Shown: one piece after another, positions 10,251 through 24,068 of the stretch | Position numbering within the stretch: the first letter of the stretch is position 1 | Layout of the letters: every line of letters starts with the position of its first letter | Assembly: GCF_020745735.1 (NCBI RefSeq) | Contig: NC_083435.1 | Coordinates: 13,671,201-13,735,200 of the forward strand | DNA from: Hemiscyllium ocellatum | Taxonomy: Eukaryota | DNA length: 64,000 nucleotides | Direction of reading: 5' to 3' | Translations under genes and position numbers: made by a program | The notes under the pieces: generated by a model | What the model saw: the letters and a program-made list of their open reading frames with translations, nothing else | The model's database searches: none | What the model was told of the DNA's origin: nothing

Positions 10251-10592
10251 GTCAGAGTCGACATTTCGAGCACTGTGACTCTGCTTTCATTTCACAGGTG
10301 AAGCAGGACCTGCCGAGTTTCGCCAGCAATTCCGGATTTTCTGGACGGTTGAGGAGTGATTTCAATCGCAGAGGCTTGTGAAAGGCAAAAGAGACCCAGC
10401 GTCAGAATAAGGTCAACACTGGAATTCCTTGAGAAGGATCAGTATCAGAAAGGGTTAATGTCAATGGTCAAAACATGGTGGATAAGTGCACTGTTAGGTC
10501 AAGCTAGGAAAAGAGGCAAGTCAAGGAAATGGGTCTTTGTGGGACAACATCAAGGTCAGTTTCTAGTCTTGTGCTTGTCTCCACTAACACCT
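10251..10592 (-). pseudogene. Possible heavily decayed Ig-like exon upstream of the TM exon
   Basis: Acceptor ttcaattgcag. A 342-bp span to a GT carries SLTC, TGA at the Trp position (+16), LRLKSL and FTC (74 codons after the first Cys) in one frame with stops. Other frames give competing readings. Confidence 0.3.
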
Positions 10593-10709
10593 CTGCAATT
10601 GAAATATTTCTCAACACCCTTCGTTTCTTGTGAGTTGCAAATATACTAGTTGGATTCAACAGATCTGCCGGTCATCAGGACAACGTTTTACATACGCTGA
10701 CTGACTTCG

Positions 10710-12675
10710 GGGATCAGTGAAGAAAAAAAGCTTCACATAAATCCCCAGGACCTGATCAAGTGTACCCGAGAACTCTGTGAGAAGCTAAGGAGGTGATTCC
10801 TTTGCTGAGATATTTGTGTCATTGATAGTCACAGGTGAGGTGCCAGAAGACTGGAGGTCGGCTAACGTGGTGTCACTGTTTAAGAAAGGTGGTAAGGTCA
10901 AACCAGGGAACTATAGACCAGTGAGCCTGACGTTGGTGATGGGCAAGTTGTTGGAGGAAATCCTGAGGAACAGGATGCACGTGTATTTGGATAGCTCAGG
11001 AGTATTTAGAGGTAGTCAACATGGTTTTGTGCGTGGGAAATTATGTCTCACAAACTTGTTTTTTTTAATGAAGTAACAAAGAGGATTGCTGATGGAAGGG
11101 CGGTAGGCATGATCTATATGAAGCTGAAAATGTGTTGCTGGTTAAAGCACAGCAGGTTAGGCAGCATCCAAGGAACAGGAAATTCGACTTTTCGGGCCAG
11201 AGCCCTTCATCAGGAGTGGTGTATATGGACTTCAGTAAGGCATTCGGCAAGGTTCCCCACGTGAGATTGGTTAGTAAGGTTAGATCTCATAGAATACAGG
11301 GAAAACTCGCCATTTGGATACAGAACTGGCTCAAAGGGAGAAGACAGAGGGTGGTGTTGGCGGGTTGTTTTTCAGATAGGAGGCCTTTGACCAGTGGAGT
11401 TCCACAAGGATTTGTGCTGTGTCCACTACCTTTCATCATTTATAGAAATGATTTGGATGTGAGCATAAGAGGTATAATTTGTACGTTTGCTGACGACACC
11501 AAAATTGGAGGTGTAGTGGACAGCAAAGAAGGTTACCTCAGATTACAATGGGATCTGGATCAGACGGGCTAATGGACTGAGAAGTGGCAGATGGAGTTGA
11601 ATTTAGATAAATACAATTTGCTGCCTTTTGGGAAAGCAAATCTTAGCAGGACTTATTCACTTAATGGGAATGTTCTGGGCAGTGTTGACAGACCTTTCAG
11701 TACAGTTTCATAGCTTGTTGAAAGTGGAGACGCAGGTAGATAGGAGAGTGAAGAAGGCGTTTAGTATGTTTTCCTTTATTGATCAGAATATTAACTACAA
11801 GACTTGGGTGGTCATGTTGCCGCTGTACAGAACACTGGTTAGGCCACATTTGGATAATTGTGTGCAATTCTGGTCTCCATTCTTTCGGAAAGATGTTGCG
11901 AAACTTGAACGGGTTCAGAAAAGATTTGCAAGGATGTTGCCAGGGTTGGAGGATTTGTGCTATGGGGAGGGGTTGAATATGCTAGGGTTGTTTTTTTCTG
12001 GAGCGTCATAGACTGACGGGTGACCTTATAGAGGCTTATAAAATCATGAGTGGCATGAATAGGATAAATAGACAAAGTCATATACGGACGTTAGTAACGC
12101 GTTTAATGAGGTTCTGCATGGTAAACTAATGGAGAAAGTGAAGTCACATGGTTTTCAAGGGTTCTAGCTAGGTCGGTAAAGAACTCGTCGCGCAATAAGA
12201 GGCAGAGAGTAGTAATTGAAGGGATTTCCTCAAAATGGAGAAAGGTGACCAATTATGTTCCGCAGGGGTCAGTGTTGTGGCCACTGTTGTTTGTAATATA
12301 TATAAATGATCTGGAAGAGGGCACTGTTGGCATGGTCAGCAAGTTTGCAGATGACACGAAGATTGGTGGAGTAGCAGAAAGTCTAAGGGTCTGTCAAAGA
12401 ATACAGGAGGATATACATAGATTGGAGAGTGGCAGATTGATTTCAATCCAGACAAATGTGAGGTGATGCATTTAGGGAAGACTAATTCAACAGAGAATTA
12501 TACCTAGAGGGCATAGGTTTGTTGTGAGAAGGGAAAGATATTTTCATGCAGAGGGTGGCGCATGCATGGAATTAGATGCCAGAGGAAGTTGTGGAGGCTA
12601 GTACAATTCCTATGGATAGGAAGGGTTTGGAAGGGTATTGACGTGTGCTGGCAGATGGGACTAAATAGGGTTGGG
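10710..12675 (+). mobile_element. Degenerate CR1 RT fragments (two adjoining pieces; copies about 24690-26600 and 39140-42445)
   Basis: GEVPEDWRSANVVSLFKKG, NYRPVSL, YMDFSKAF and FADDTKIGG peptides. The ctctatgactctatga tail is present in units 2 and 3. Confidence 0.92.
11121..11215 (-). mobile_element. Short Penelope-like (pLTR-type) insertion with a hammerhead-like core; unit 1 only
   Basis: The minus strand reads CTGATGA-A-GGGC-TCTG-GCCC-GAAAAGTC. The segment is absent at the matching CR1 position in units 2 and 3. Confidence 0.7.
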
Positions 12676-13036
12676 AGCACTCGAACTGTCAAGAATATAA
12701 TGAGCAGACCTATCAACGCCAGACCGCCGAGTAAAATTGGTGTAATGTCAGTCTTTGTTTCCACTATGACTCCTGCAATTAATAGCATGACCACATAGTT
12801 TGCGATTCATATTGATAACGACTGACCAATTAAATGACGCAGTTTCTGTTTTATTAAAAAACAGTTATCAGATCAACGGAACATGATTATTTTGCAGGAA
12901 ATGGGTGAAGGGAGTTATGGGTCGCGTATTAAAATTTAAGCTCATTGGCCAAAATAAAATTAAATACACATCGAAAGCGAAAGCCGGTCGGGAAATGGCA
13001 AATTGAAGTAAAGGAAATGGCAGCCCCAGCGTTTAA

Positions 13037-13107
13037 GCGCCGCTAGTGTAATGGTATCATGCAAGATTCCCATTCTTGCGATCTGGGTTCGATTCCCGGG
13101 CGGCGCA
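13037..13107 (+). tRNA. tRNA-Gly(CCC), copy 2; intact
   Basis: Full cloverleaf with one T50:G64 wobble, CCC anticodon, and a T5 terminator at 13116-13120. Confidence 0.95.
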
Positions 13108-13629
13108 GCGTTGGGTTTTTAAAACCAGGAAATATGGGTTCGGAAGATCGTAAACCAAAACTGAAGTCGCTGGTGAAACTCAGCAAACGTCAGAGTCGAC
13201 ATTTCGAGCACTGAGACTCTGCTTTCATCTCTGCTGACATTTGGCATCCATATTGTTAATTTGTCCTTTTTCCATGTTGTCACGTTTGTTGTCTGTAAAT
13301 ATTTTACAACACATTCTTCCTTTGCCAAAACGCCCCCTTGTTGCTGTAGTTATAAAGTAAGAAAACAGAAATACAACACCATATGGATAGTTTTTAATTC
13401 CACTAATTTTATAGTTCATGGTAACTACTTGCATATCTATAATCTGGGAAATGGAGAATGGCAAACCTGAGCTCTCTATTTTGTTCATTATTTATTGTCA
13501 TTGACCATAATACGTTTGTATATTTTAATACCAAATTGATACAGATTTAGTATGGGAAATAAAGGGTCTTCTGTTTTGCATTTTCAAGGTGAATGATATG
13601 GCTCTCCTTTCATTTTATTTCATTTGAAT

Positions 13630-14100
13630 GTGTGCATTAGGACCAGCAGTAGGCAATTTTAACCAACCTGTATCAACTCTGACATTTGATAAGACCACAG
13701 CAAATCTGATTATGCGCCCAACCTCACTATCCCAATTTCCATGATGCCCTTTTAAGACTCTTCACCCAGAATCTAACTCAGTCCGAAATAATACAATGTC
13801 ACCACTGCATTCACATCTCTTCAATAGGTGACGCTCAAAATTGTACTCCAGCTGAACTCCAATCATTGTTCTGTGTATGTTCATCATAAAAACCCTGTTT
13901 TGTGGTCTATGAAGTCAAACATGCTGCCTGATTTTTAACAGCTCCCTGCCGCTATCTCCTGCCAATTTTAATGACTGTTATGCATATGCACTCAAGGTCT
14001 CTACTCCTTCGTGCTTTAGATTTTTTCAGTATATAGCATTTCTCCATGTTCCTTGCACCAAAGTGTATCCCCTCACAATTCTCTGTAATGAACTTGAAGG
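13630..14100 (-). mobile_element. Minus-strand CR1 remnants at the unit junction (longer versions at about 27040-28570 and 42890-44430)
   Basis: Minus-strand peptides ENCEGIHFGARNMEK and GEDLIEVYKIVRGID, and an inverted CR1 3' end (catggagtcatacagcacagaaacagaccc) at ~27796. Confidence 0.75.
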
Positions 14101-16684
14101 CCCACCCAACTATCCACTCCACCAACAGCGTACTATCCTTCCTAAGTGCTCCAGTGCTGTGCTCATACTTTGAAATTTTCCTGAATTTCATGTCAACAGA
14201 AACTTTGAATTTGTCTCCTGTACATTAAGGCCAAGAAAATTTATTTTTTCATCACACAAGCTTATGCAGCCAAAAATAGTCGAATAAGCATCTGCTAAAT
14301 TGTTTCTAATGCAGTTATTACCCTTTTTCAATGGACCCACTATTTTTCACAACTTCATGGACTGAAGGGGAGTTGTTCTCCCATCTTTTCAGCGAGAATG
14401 CTGCTCCATGAAAACAGACATTACGAGTACAGCTCAAAGTGTAGGACTTCATTGCTAAAACATTAAAAATATTTTAATTTGGAATTGGTCACATCCTCGG
14501 AATTTTGTAACCGTTAACAGGATGTACCAAAGCAAGCCATGCCCATGGGTGCGAAAATTTGAAAATGTGCATAATTTAACAAATACCCTAAAGTTCACAT
14601 AGAGGATTGCAACAATTCTCATTTTGTACAAATATCCGATTAATAGTTTAGGAGCTATTCGTTGTGATGGAGCTACATAGGATAAATTTAACTCACCAAT
14701 GCAGAGTGCAAAAGAAACCAGCTGCATAAAGGCAATTCGCTATTATCCACATCGTCCATTTGCCCATGATAAAGATATGCAGTCTTTATAAGTGTAGCCC
14801 CTCAATAAACAGTCGCAATACATGGGCGTGTATGGAATAATTTGTGGTCTATTTTTGCGCGCGTATAGACTTTCTGTCATTGTACTTTGCAGAGGGAAAT
14901 GGCCCAACCACAAGATCTCCAAAATAGAGGTCACCAAATAAAATGCCACATTACTAGTTATTTTGGAAATTAAAAAGCAGAGGCAATATTCCAATGCACA
15001 TGAATCTTTCCGGCGGCTGTGTGATTTTGCTGTATACCAATGTTACGTTTCAATAAATTTCAACATTGTTCGCTGTAAATGGACGGAAACCCACATGCTA
15101 GTAGCTTTTAGGAGTGTTCTGACAGTGAGTCAATAAAGAAAAAAAATACTCAGAGGTCCATTCATCGGAATCACAATTCATGAAACAAAATGTTAAACAG
15201 AACCCACGAAAAGAAGGCTGAATTCACTCCTAGAGCATTCCAAAAGCAGAAGGTCAAATGCATGCATGTGAACCATTGAAAGGTGGTTTTCGTTAGATCA
15301 TTAGTTTAATGCTCAGATCGACTCTCAGCGGGGCATGGTGCCTTAGTAACTTAGTGGTTAACCTTGCTACCTCACAGTGCTAGAAACCCGAGCTCAATTC
15401 CAGTCTCGGGCAGTTGCCTCTGTGGAGTTTGCAAGTTCTCCCGTGTCTGCGTGGATTTCCTCCCACCATACAAAGGTGTGCAGGTTATGTGGATTCGCTC
15501 TGCTCAATTGTCCATAGGGTTAGTTGCATTAGTCAGCTGTATATGTAGGGTACGGGAATGGGTCTGGTTATGTTTCTCTTGGAAGGGTCGGTGTGGATTT
15601 GTTGGGCTGAAGGGCCTGTTTCCAATCAGTAAGAAATCTAAACTTACCCAGTTGGCAACAGTCACACTGCTGGTCACTTCAAAATGTCAAGTATGTGACA
15701 ATACCATTCTACAAATAAGACACTATCCTACATTTAAAACAAAATTTTTAACGATAGCGTCTAAATGCACGCAAACTGCTGTTGACTTTCCTGGTGATTA
15801 AATATTTAATTGTACCCGACAGCCACGGCCTCGCTCTGTTATTTTTTTTTTAAGTCGGAGCAATATTAGCTGACACTACCACATTAGCACTGAGTGGTCT
15901 GTGGTCGTTATTCAAAAACTGCTTTTTAAATATTCTTTCATATATCCTGAGTCTCCCTGACAAGACCATAATGAGATTCCCCTCGCAATTCACACTTGAG
16001 CTATGTGGCACTTTTGGATAAATGCAACAACATTTTGAGTCTAAAGCTTCAAATCGACTAGAAGGAGTAAATATGGTACTTTCCTTCAAGTTCTTTCTTT
16101 ATTATGATATATCCATGGTAACTGAGCCTGTGATTAGCTTCAAGTGCATCTCCTATTTAAAAATACAGGTTACATTCCAACAGCTTTCTTGATGAGATTT
16201 GAATGTTAGTATGGACATCTGGTTAACTGGCCCAGTCACACGGTTTTTATGCCAACATCTTCTACAAGAAAAGAAATACAGAGTTTTGACATACCAACGG
16301 TGAGCAATGGCGACATGGTTCCAAGTCAAGATGTTAAGGTGTCTGTCTTGGACAGGGATGGCAGTTATTGGTGTTTGCATGCATTTTCTGCCCTTGCTGT
16401 TCTGGCCAAAGTGCCCTAGTAATTCGCAGCTGTGCGTTTTGCGAATGGTTTTTGTAAAACTCTGTTTCTGTGAACAACCTCCAGCTTCGAAATTAGTACT
16501 TTTGGAATACCCTCAGGGGACATATGTCCTAACATTGACAGATATTGTTTAAAAAAAAACAAATGCTTCATTAATGTCCATCGGGAAACATCTATGATCC
16601 TCAAATGGTCTGTCTACATAGTACTGCACACGTGTAGCAAAGCAAGCAATGCATAACTGCTCTCGAAATGAATTGGCAAGTCTC

Positions 16685-16732
16685 TCAGGTCAAGAGCAAT
16701 GAGAGAATGGCAGCGAATGCGGGCCATCCCAT
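16685..16732 (-). pseudogene. Leader-like mini-ORF MGWPAFAAILSLLLT* upstream of the second V exon
   Basis: ACCATGG context in unit 2 (ATA in units 1 and 3, deleted in unit 4). A hydrophobic run ends at acctgag with no intact donor, about 270 bp from the V-exon acceptor. Confidence 0.4.
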
Positions 16733-19700
16733 GGTACTCAAATCGATGGAAGAATAAATAACAACATGCAGTCATTGACAAAACAAAGTAAAGCAGTATG
16801 AATAAAAAATTATTCACACAGCCAGTGGTCAAGATCTGGAAGGAACTGTCTGAGAGTTGAGGGATCTTCATTCGAATCCATTCAAACATATTGTCACTCT
16901 AGGTTGTAAAACAAAACGTAAGACCTGGACATTGCTGGCTAGCCAGCATTGATTGCCCATCCCTAATTGCCCTTGAGAATGCAGCAGTGATCTGCCTTAC
17001 GGAACCGCTATTGTCCATATACTGTAGCTAGACTCATAATACATGAAGGAGGGAGTTCCAGGATTTCGAACAGGGACAGTGAAAGAACAATGTCATATTC
17101 CCAAGTCAGGACGGTGTGTAGCTTGGAAGGAAACATCCAGGTGGTGGCGTTAACATGTAACTGCTGCCTTTGTGCTTCTTGAAGTAAGTGGTCATGGTGT
17201 GGAAGCTGCTGTTTAAAGATCTTGGGTGACTTTCTGCAGGGCATCTTGTAGCTAATACATATTAGAGCTACTGAGTGGTGAAGCATCGGTATGGATATAG
17301 TGAATGTGCTGCCAATCAAGTGAGACGTTTTGCCCTGAAATGTTGGTAGTGACGGAATCAGCAATGGCAATGCCGTTGAATGCCTTAGGGGTGGTGGTTC
17401 GACTGTCTGTTATTGGAGGTGGTCACTGCCTGGCAATTATGTTGTGCAGTTGTTACCTGGCACCTCTTGCTCCATGCTTGGATATTGAAAAGATTTTGTT
17501 GCATTTGGACATGGACTACTGAGTCACGAATGGTGATACCATTGGTGAACATTCCCACGTCTGACCTTATAATGGAGGGAAGGTCATTGATGAAGCCATT
17601 GAAGTGGTAGGGCCTGGAATACTAACCTGAGGAACTCCAGCAGATATGACCTAGAATTGAAACAATTGACCTTCAACAACTACAGTTTTGAACCGAGTGG
17701 CGAGGAGAGAGGGTGGAGAGGAGTGAGGGCTGCCGGGAAGTTTTTAAGTGAGATCTGGTGTCTGGCATTCAACCTGGCACTGAGGCTCAGAAAGGAAGGT
17801 GGGTGGGGGAGAATAGAAAAGCGCTAATGATAGGGGACTCAATCGTTAGACGGATTGACAGGATATTTTGTGGTCAGGAACGGGACTCTCTGAAGGGATG
17901 TTGACTTCCCAGTGACAGGGTCTGGGATATCGCCGATCGGGTTTACAGGATTCTGAAGGGGGAGGGTGAGCAGCCAAAAATCGTGGCACAGATACATCCA
18001 GAAAAGGAATTCAGGATCTGAAAAGTGACTACAGAGAGCTAGGCTGGAAGGTGAAGAGTAGGACGAATAGAGTAGTGTACTCAAGTTTGCAACTGGTGCC
18101 ACGAAACAGTGAGGGGAGGAACAGTCAGCAAGTGTAGCTTAACACGTGGTTGGGAAGCTGGTGCAGGATGGAGGGTTTCAGATACTTAGACCATTGGGAT
18201 GCCTTCTGGGGAAGTTGGGGCCTATACAAGCAGGACCAGTTGCACCTGAATTGGAGGGGCACAAATGTCCTGGGTGGGAGATTTGTCTGTGTGGTTTGGG
18301 ATTGTTTAAACTAGTTTGGCAAGGGGGTGGGAACCAGAGCTACTTATCTGAGAGGGAGTAGTTGCAGATGGGGAAGTGACAGGATGTTGTGAATCTATCA
18401 GGAAGGTTTTCCATGTGATGAAACATAGGGATCATTTAAAGTGTAGCTGCTTTTACGCGAAGAGTGTCAGAAATAAGAGTGATGAACGTTGAGTACAGAT
18501 CAGTACTTGGGCCTATCATGTTGTGGCCATAACGGAGACATGTGTTTCACAGTGGCAGGAATGGTTGATAGATGTTCCAGGGTTTAGAGCGTTAAAAAGA
18601 ACAAGGAGCGTGGAAAAATAGGAGGGGGTGTAGCATTGCTAATCAGAGGGCTCATCACAGCTACAGAAACGAAGGATGTTGAGGAAGGTTTGTCTACTGA
18701 GTCAGTATGGGTGTACGTTAGGAACAGCAAGGGAGCAGCCACATGATTGAGTTTTTTTTCTTCTAAAGAGCCCCAAATAGAAGTAAGGAGATTGAAGAAC
18801 TCATAGGTCGACAGATTTTGGGGAAATGCGGATGTAGATAGGGGAAACCATAAATGAGTTTTTTGCTTCAGTTTTCACGAAGAAAAGGGATCTTGTTGAA
18901 AATGAGCAATTTAAGGAGCTGGGTTATGAACTAGAACAGATCATGATGATGAAGCTGAAGTGCTGAGAAGTTTGACAAACATTAGGATTAATACGTCCCC
19001 AGGCCAGACCAGATTTATCTTAGGTTGCTTCAGGAAAAGAGAATGGCGGTTGCTAAGCTGATGCCGAATATCTTTGTTCCCTCACTCTCACTGGGAGTCG
19101 TACCGGAGGATTAGAAGGAGGCGAATGTTGTTCCTCTTTTCAAGAAGGGGGAATAGGGAAATCCCCGACAGTTACAGACCAGTCAGCCTTACGTCTGTGG
19201 TCAGCAAGGTTTTGGAAAGAATTCGGAGGGATAGGATCTATGACTATGTGGAAAAGCATAGAGTGATTAAATGCAGTCAGCATGGCTGCGTGAGGGGCAG
19301 GTCATGCCTAACTAATCTTATTGAGTTCGTTCAGGCAGTGACAGGACAGGTCAATGAAGGTCATGCAGTGGATGTGGTGTATATGGACTTCAGCAAGGCT
19401 TTTGATAATGTTCCCCATGATGGACTCATTCGAAATGTCAGGAGGTGTGGGATACAGGGAGATTTGGCTGCCTGGATTCAGAATTGGTTGGCCGACAGAA
19501 GGCAAAGAGTGGTTGTAGATAGAAAGTATTCTGTCTGAATGTCAGTAGTGAGTGGTGCTCCGCAGGGCTCTATTTTTAGATCTCTGCTGTTTGTAGGTTT
19601 TCTAAATAACTTGGATGAGGAGGTTGAGGTGTTGGTTAGTAAATTTGCCGATGATGCAAAGGTTGAAGGTGCCATTGATAGCATTGAGGGCTATTGCAGT

Positions 19701-22700
19701 CTGTAGCGCAAGACAGACTGGATGCAGAGCTGGGCAGAGAAATAGCAGATGGAGTTCAACCTGGATAAATGCGAAATGGTACATTTTGGAAGGTCGAACT
19801 TGAAAGCTGGATATAGGATTAAAGACAAGGTTCTTGGCAGCGTGGAGAAACAGAGGGATCTTGACGTTCAAGTGCATAGATCCCTCAAAGTTGCCACCCA
19901 AGTGGACAGGGTGGTTAAGAAAGCATATGGTGTTTTGGCTTTCATTAACGGGGGATCGAGTTTAAGAGCTGCAAGATTTTGCTGCAACTCTACAAGACTC
20001 TCGTGTGACCACAGTTGGAATATTGTGTTCAGTTCTGGTCCCCATATTATAGGAAAGATACAGAGAATTTGGAAAGGATGTAAAGAAGGTTTACCCGGAT
20101 GCTACCTGGAGTTGAGAGCTTGTCTTATGAAGAGAGGCTGCCTAAGCTCAGACTTTTCTCTCTGGAGAGAAGGAGGAAGAGACGTGACCTAATCGAGTTA
20201 TCCAAGATAATGAGAGGCTTGGATAGAGTCAATAGCCAGAGACTTTTTTCCCCAGGGCAGGATTGACTCGCACGAGGGGTAATTGTTTTAAGATAATAGA
20301 AGGAAGGCACAGTGGAGATGTCAGAGATAGGTTCTTTATGCCGAGAGTTGTGGATGCCAGCGGTGATGGTTTAAGCAGAGTCATTAGGGACACTTAAGCG
20401 CCTGCTAGACATTCATATGGACAGCAGTGAATTGAGGGGGTGCATATGTTCGGTTATTTTATTTTAGACTAGGAATATCCTCAACACAACATCGTGGGAC
20501 GAAGGGTCTGTTCTGCGCTGTACTTTTCTACATTCTATGTTCTATGTTCTAACCATCTACCAACCAGCAGAGAGTTTACCTCATGAGTGCCATAAATTTC
20601 AGTTTGCTCTGGCTCCTTGATCAAAGTCAAATGCGGCCATGATGTCAAGGGTTGTCACTCTCACTTGATCTCTGGGATTCATTTCTTTTCTCCATGGTTG
20701 ACCCAAAGTTGTTATGAGGTCGGGAGCTGAGTGACCCTGGTGGAATTCAAACTGGGCATCAGTGAGAAGGTTGTTGCTAAGTAAGTGATCCGTGATGGCA
20801 CTGTCTTCCATCTCTTTGCTAATGATTGGGAGGAGAGTGGTGATGCAGTGAAATGACTCAGTTGGATGTGTCCTGCTTTTCGTGTACAGGATAAAATCTG
20901 GACAATTATCGACATTGTTGGGTAGAGTCAGTGTTATACCTGCACTGCTGCAGATTGGCTGGGAGAGTAACACATTCTGAGGCACAAGTCATCTGTATTA
21001 TTATGGAATTGCGTCGGGGTCCATAATCTTTGCAGTGCCAATGTCTCCAAATGTTTCTTGATATCCTATGGAGCAAATCTAAGTGAACACTGACATCTGC
21101 GATGCTGGTGGCCACTGGTGGAGACCCAGTTGGATTATCCAATCAGCACATATGGCTGACGACGTTTACGATTGTTTCAGATATACCTAATGCACTGGCG
21201 TGTAGGACTTTTCTATCAATGAGAATTGAGACATATTTGAAAGCTCTTCCCCCAATGAGTTGTTCAATTCAAGACTGGATATGACAGATCTGCAGGGATT
21301 TGAAATGAAACAATGAAAGGTTAACGACAGAAAACCGGAAAGAAAAAAATGAAACGCTCGTGCGGAGAACACGTGTGAATGCCGTTGCTCGAGTGGTCTT
21401 CTTCAATTCTGCAGTTTTTGCATGATCGTAAAGCCCTTGCATTTGTAGTTCGACTACGTCAATGGATTGCAAGATCCTGCCTATGACGCCTCACCAAAAT
21501 ACTGCTGTGTCTGTGTATTTAGCATGTGACGTCACCAGATGGCGCTGGTGGCTTTTTTTTTGATAGAGTGATAAATATGTATTTTCTATCGAATTTTCCG
21601 GAGGCCTCATTGAATGCATTTCAAACAGGTGGAACAATAGAATTATGCTTTGTGGCTTAGCGACAGGGAACCTGTCACTGTGCCGCAAGGACACAAACTC
21701 CTCGTTCTATTTTATTTGATCAATCTGTTCGTGTATGTTATTAAAGACCTCTGAAATATGCGAGATTTGAGTTCAGGCCTCGTGCCTTAGTCGTTGCACC
21801 ACAAGGGCCATTATGCTCCTCACTGTAGCGTCTCCCATCCATTCATCTTCAGCTCCTTGAACAAATACCGTGCCTCCATCATAAGGTCAGAAGTGGAGAT
21901 GTTCATTCAGCATCATAGTCTAGCACTACTCATGATTCCTCAGCTACTGAGTAGACCACGCGCAAATGCAGGGCGACCTGGAAAATACCAAGGTTTGGTC
22001 CAACAAATAAAGAGGGACGCTCAGACCACACAAGGTCAAAGCAATGACTGTCGCCAACAAGAGAGAAACGCTGCTGGACATGCAACGGCCTTGCTACTAA
22101 TGAATCCCTGCTATCAACATCCGATGGATTATCATCGATCAGAAGCCAAACTAGGAGGAATAATAATCTGCTCGATTTTTGCACTCACCTAAATGTGCGT
22201 TGGTCCAAACGCGTTTATCAAAGCTGGAGCGCCGAAACAAAAGAACAAGAGAAGACTAGCAGATCACTAAAGTTTCATTGTTCTAAATTATTTCATCATT
22301 CTAAGGTCGCGTTACTTCTGCTGATTGGGGGAGAGATGAGAAGGTGAACTTCATGTGACTTTCGGATGGAGAGTTTGTGTAAGAAATGTGCAATCCAGGC
22401 ATGAACATTACCTTAACTATAAAGTTGCAATCATCTTGTTTCAACTGCTGCCGGCCTACTCAAATATTCTACAAGCTTCCATCAGTAGCCGCTTGGTTAT
22501 TGTACGTCCTTCCTCCTACAGTTGGTAGCAAAACCTGCAGCTTGCAAGATCGAAACTTAACGCTCCCGTCACAAATTGTGTCAGCATTCCTCCTTGAAGT
22601 TTTGTCTCGAAGCCTACTCTAGGAAGCTCTTTGCCATCTGTCCTTTGGATAGGCATCGGTTTTGCCTCATTAATATGTTGCACATCATCATACTTTGTTT

Positions 22701-24068
22701 CCCTGCGTTAAATGTGGCTGTACAATGCGAAATTGTTGTGAAATTAAACGTTTTGGTTTTGCATACATCCTTTTATGGCAAAGAAAAATCAACTGGTTAC
22801 CTGGAGACTTTATTCAACAGTTAAATTAATAATATTCAGTTAAATGGCTTAGTAAGTGATTTAGTGTCTTTTCATTCGTCAGTCCTGCCATCACTGGAAT
22901 CAATGCATTCTCAATGCATAAGCATCCCTGAGAAGGGAGGCGGTGACGTTGACGTCACCTGGACCAGTAATCTCAAGTTCAACCTTAATGCTTTAGGAAC
23001 CAGGGCTATTTAAGATTTTGTTACTTTCCCGACTTCTAATAACATTTTAAACCGGCATGTTGTCGGTTGCAGAATGGCAGAAAGGGTACAATGAAAGAAC
23101 TCACGGTTGAATGGCAGCCAGGAGATTAGAAAAAAAAACACAAACCTAGACCATTTCGCAACCCTTGGACCCTTGCAAACCACTATTGTACCGAAGAAAA
23201 TATGCTCTCAGTAAATTCGGATCAACATCAAAGTTACACTGAGCCAATCTCTGTGTGAGTCATTGATTCAGGGCTAATATTTGGTCAGGACACGTGGCAA
23301 GGCCTGGTTTTCCTTCGAAATTTCGTCAACGGATAATTCACATCCGCCGCAGAAAGTTAAGTAGAGGCTGCGTTTGAGTTTTCCTCTGAAAAATAAATAA
23401 GTAATTCCGACAGCGCGGACTTTTGTCAGTACCGCCCGCTTCGATCTTTGTGGTCTTGAATCTCGAGCCCTGGGATTTCAAGAAATGCACGCTAAACAGA
23501 GCGACAACCCACTGCAAGCTTGGAACGAGCCCAGCTGCATTCACGTCTTGCTCTCTACCCGTCTGCCTTAACTAGTTCGACACTTTTCAGAGGCACTCAT
23601 TGAAATGGTGCCAAATAGGAAGATCGTCCCTAAATCAATTACGTATCTGGATTAGGATACTGCATGATCAGGTTTGCTTACGTGCAGCGAAAATACAAAC
23701 CTGTAGTTCCCCGCAGCACTCGAACTGTCAAGAATATAATGAGCAGACCTATCAACGCCAGATCGCCGAGTAAAATTGGTGTAATGTCAGTCTTTGTTTC
23801 CACTATGACTAATGCAATTAATAGCATGACCACATCGTTTGCGATTCATATTGATAACGACTGACCAATTAAATGCCGCTGTTTCTGTTTTCAAAAAATA
23901 TATTATCAGATCAACAGAACATGATTATTTTCCAGGGTGAAGGGAGTTATGGGTCGCGTATTAAAATTTAAGCTAATTGACCAAAATAAAATTAAATACA
24001 CATCGAAAGCGAAAGCCGGTCGGGGAATGGCAACTTGAAGTAAAGGGAATGGCCGCCCCATCGCGTAA

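Noticed and set aside
15364-15801. 145-150 aa plus-strand ORFs recurring at 29790 and 45995
   Set aside because: The first two thirds are SINE sequence, and recurrence is explained by the tandem duplication.
21794-22192. 132-aa ORF identical in units 2 and 3
   Set aside because: It overlaps an old LINE remnant, is broken in units 1 and 4, and its identity reflects recent homogenisation.
22386-22622. Plus-strand ORF with PGMNITLT and a plus-strand polypyrimidine/AG site
   Set aside because: There is no Cys/Trp Ig pattern or partner exon on the plus strand. It is antisense to the better-supported minus-strand exon.
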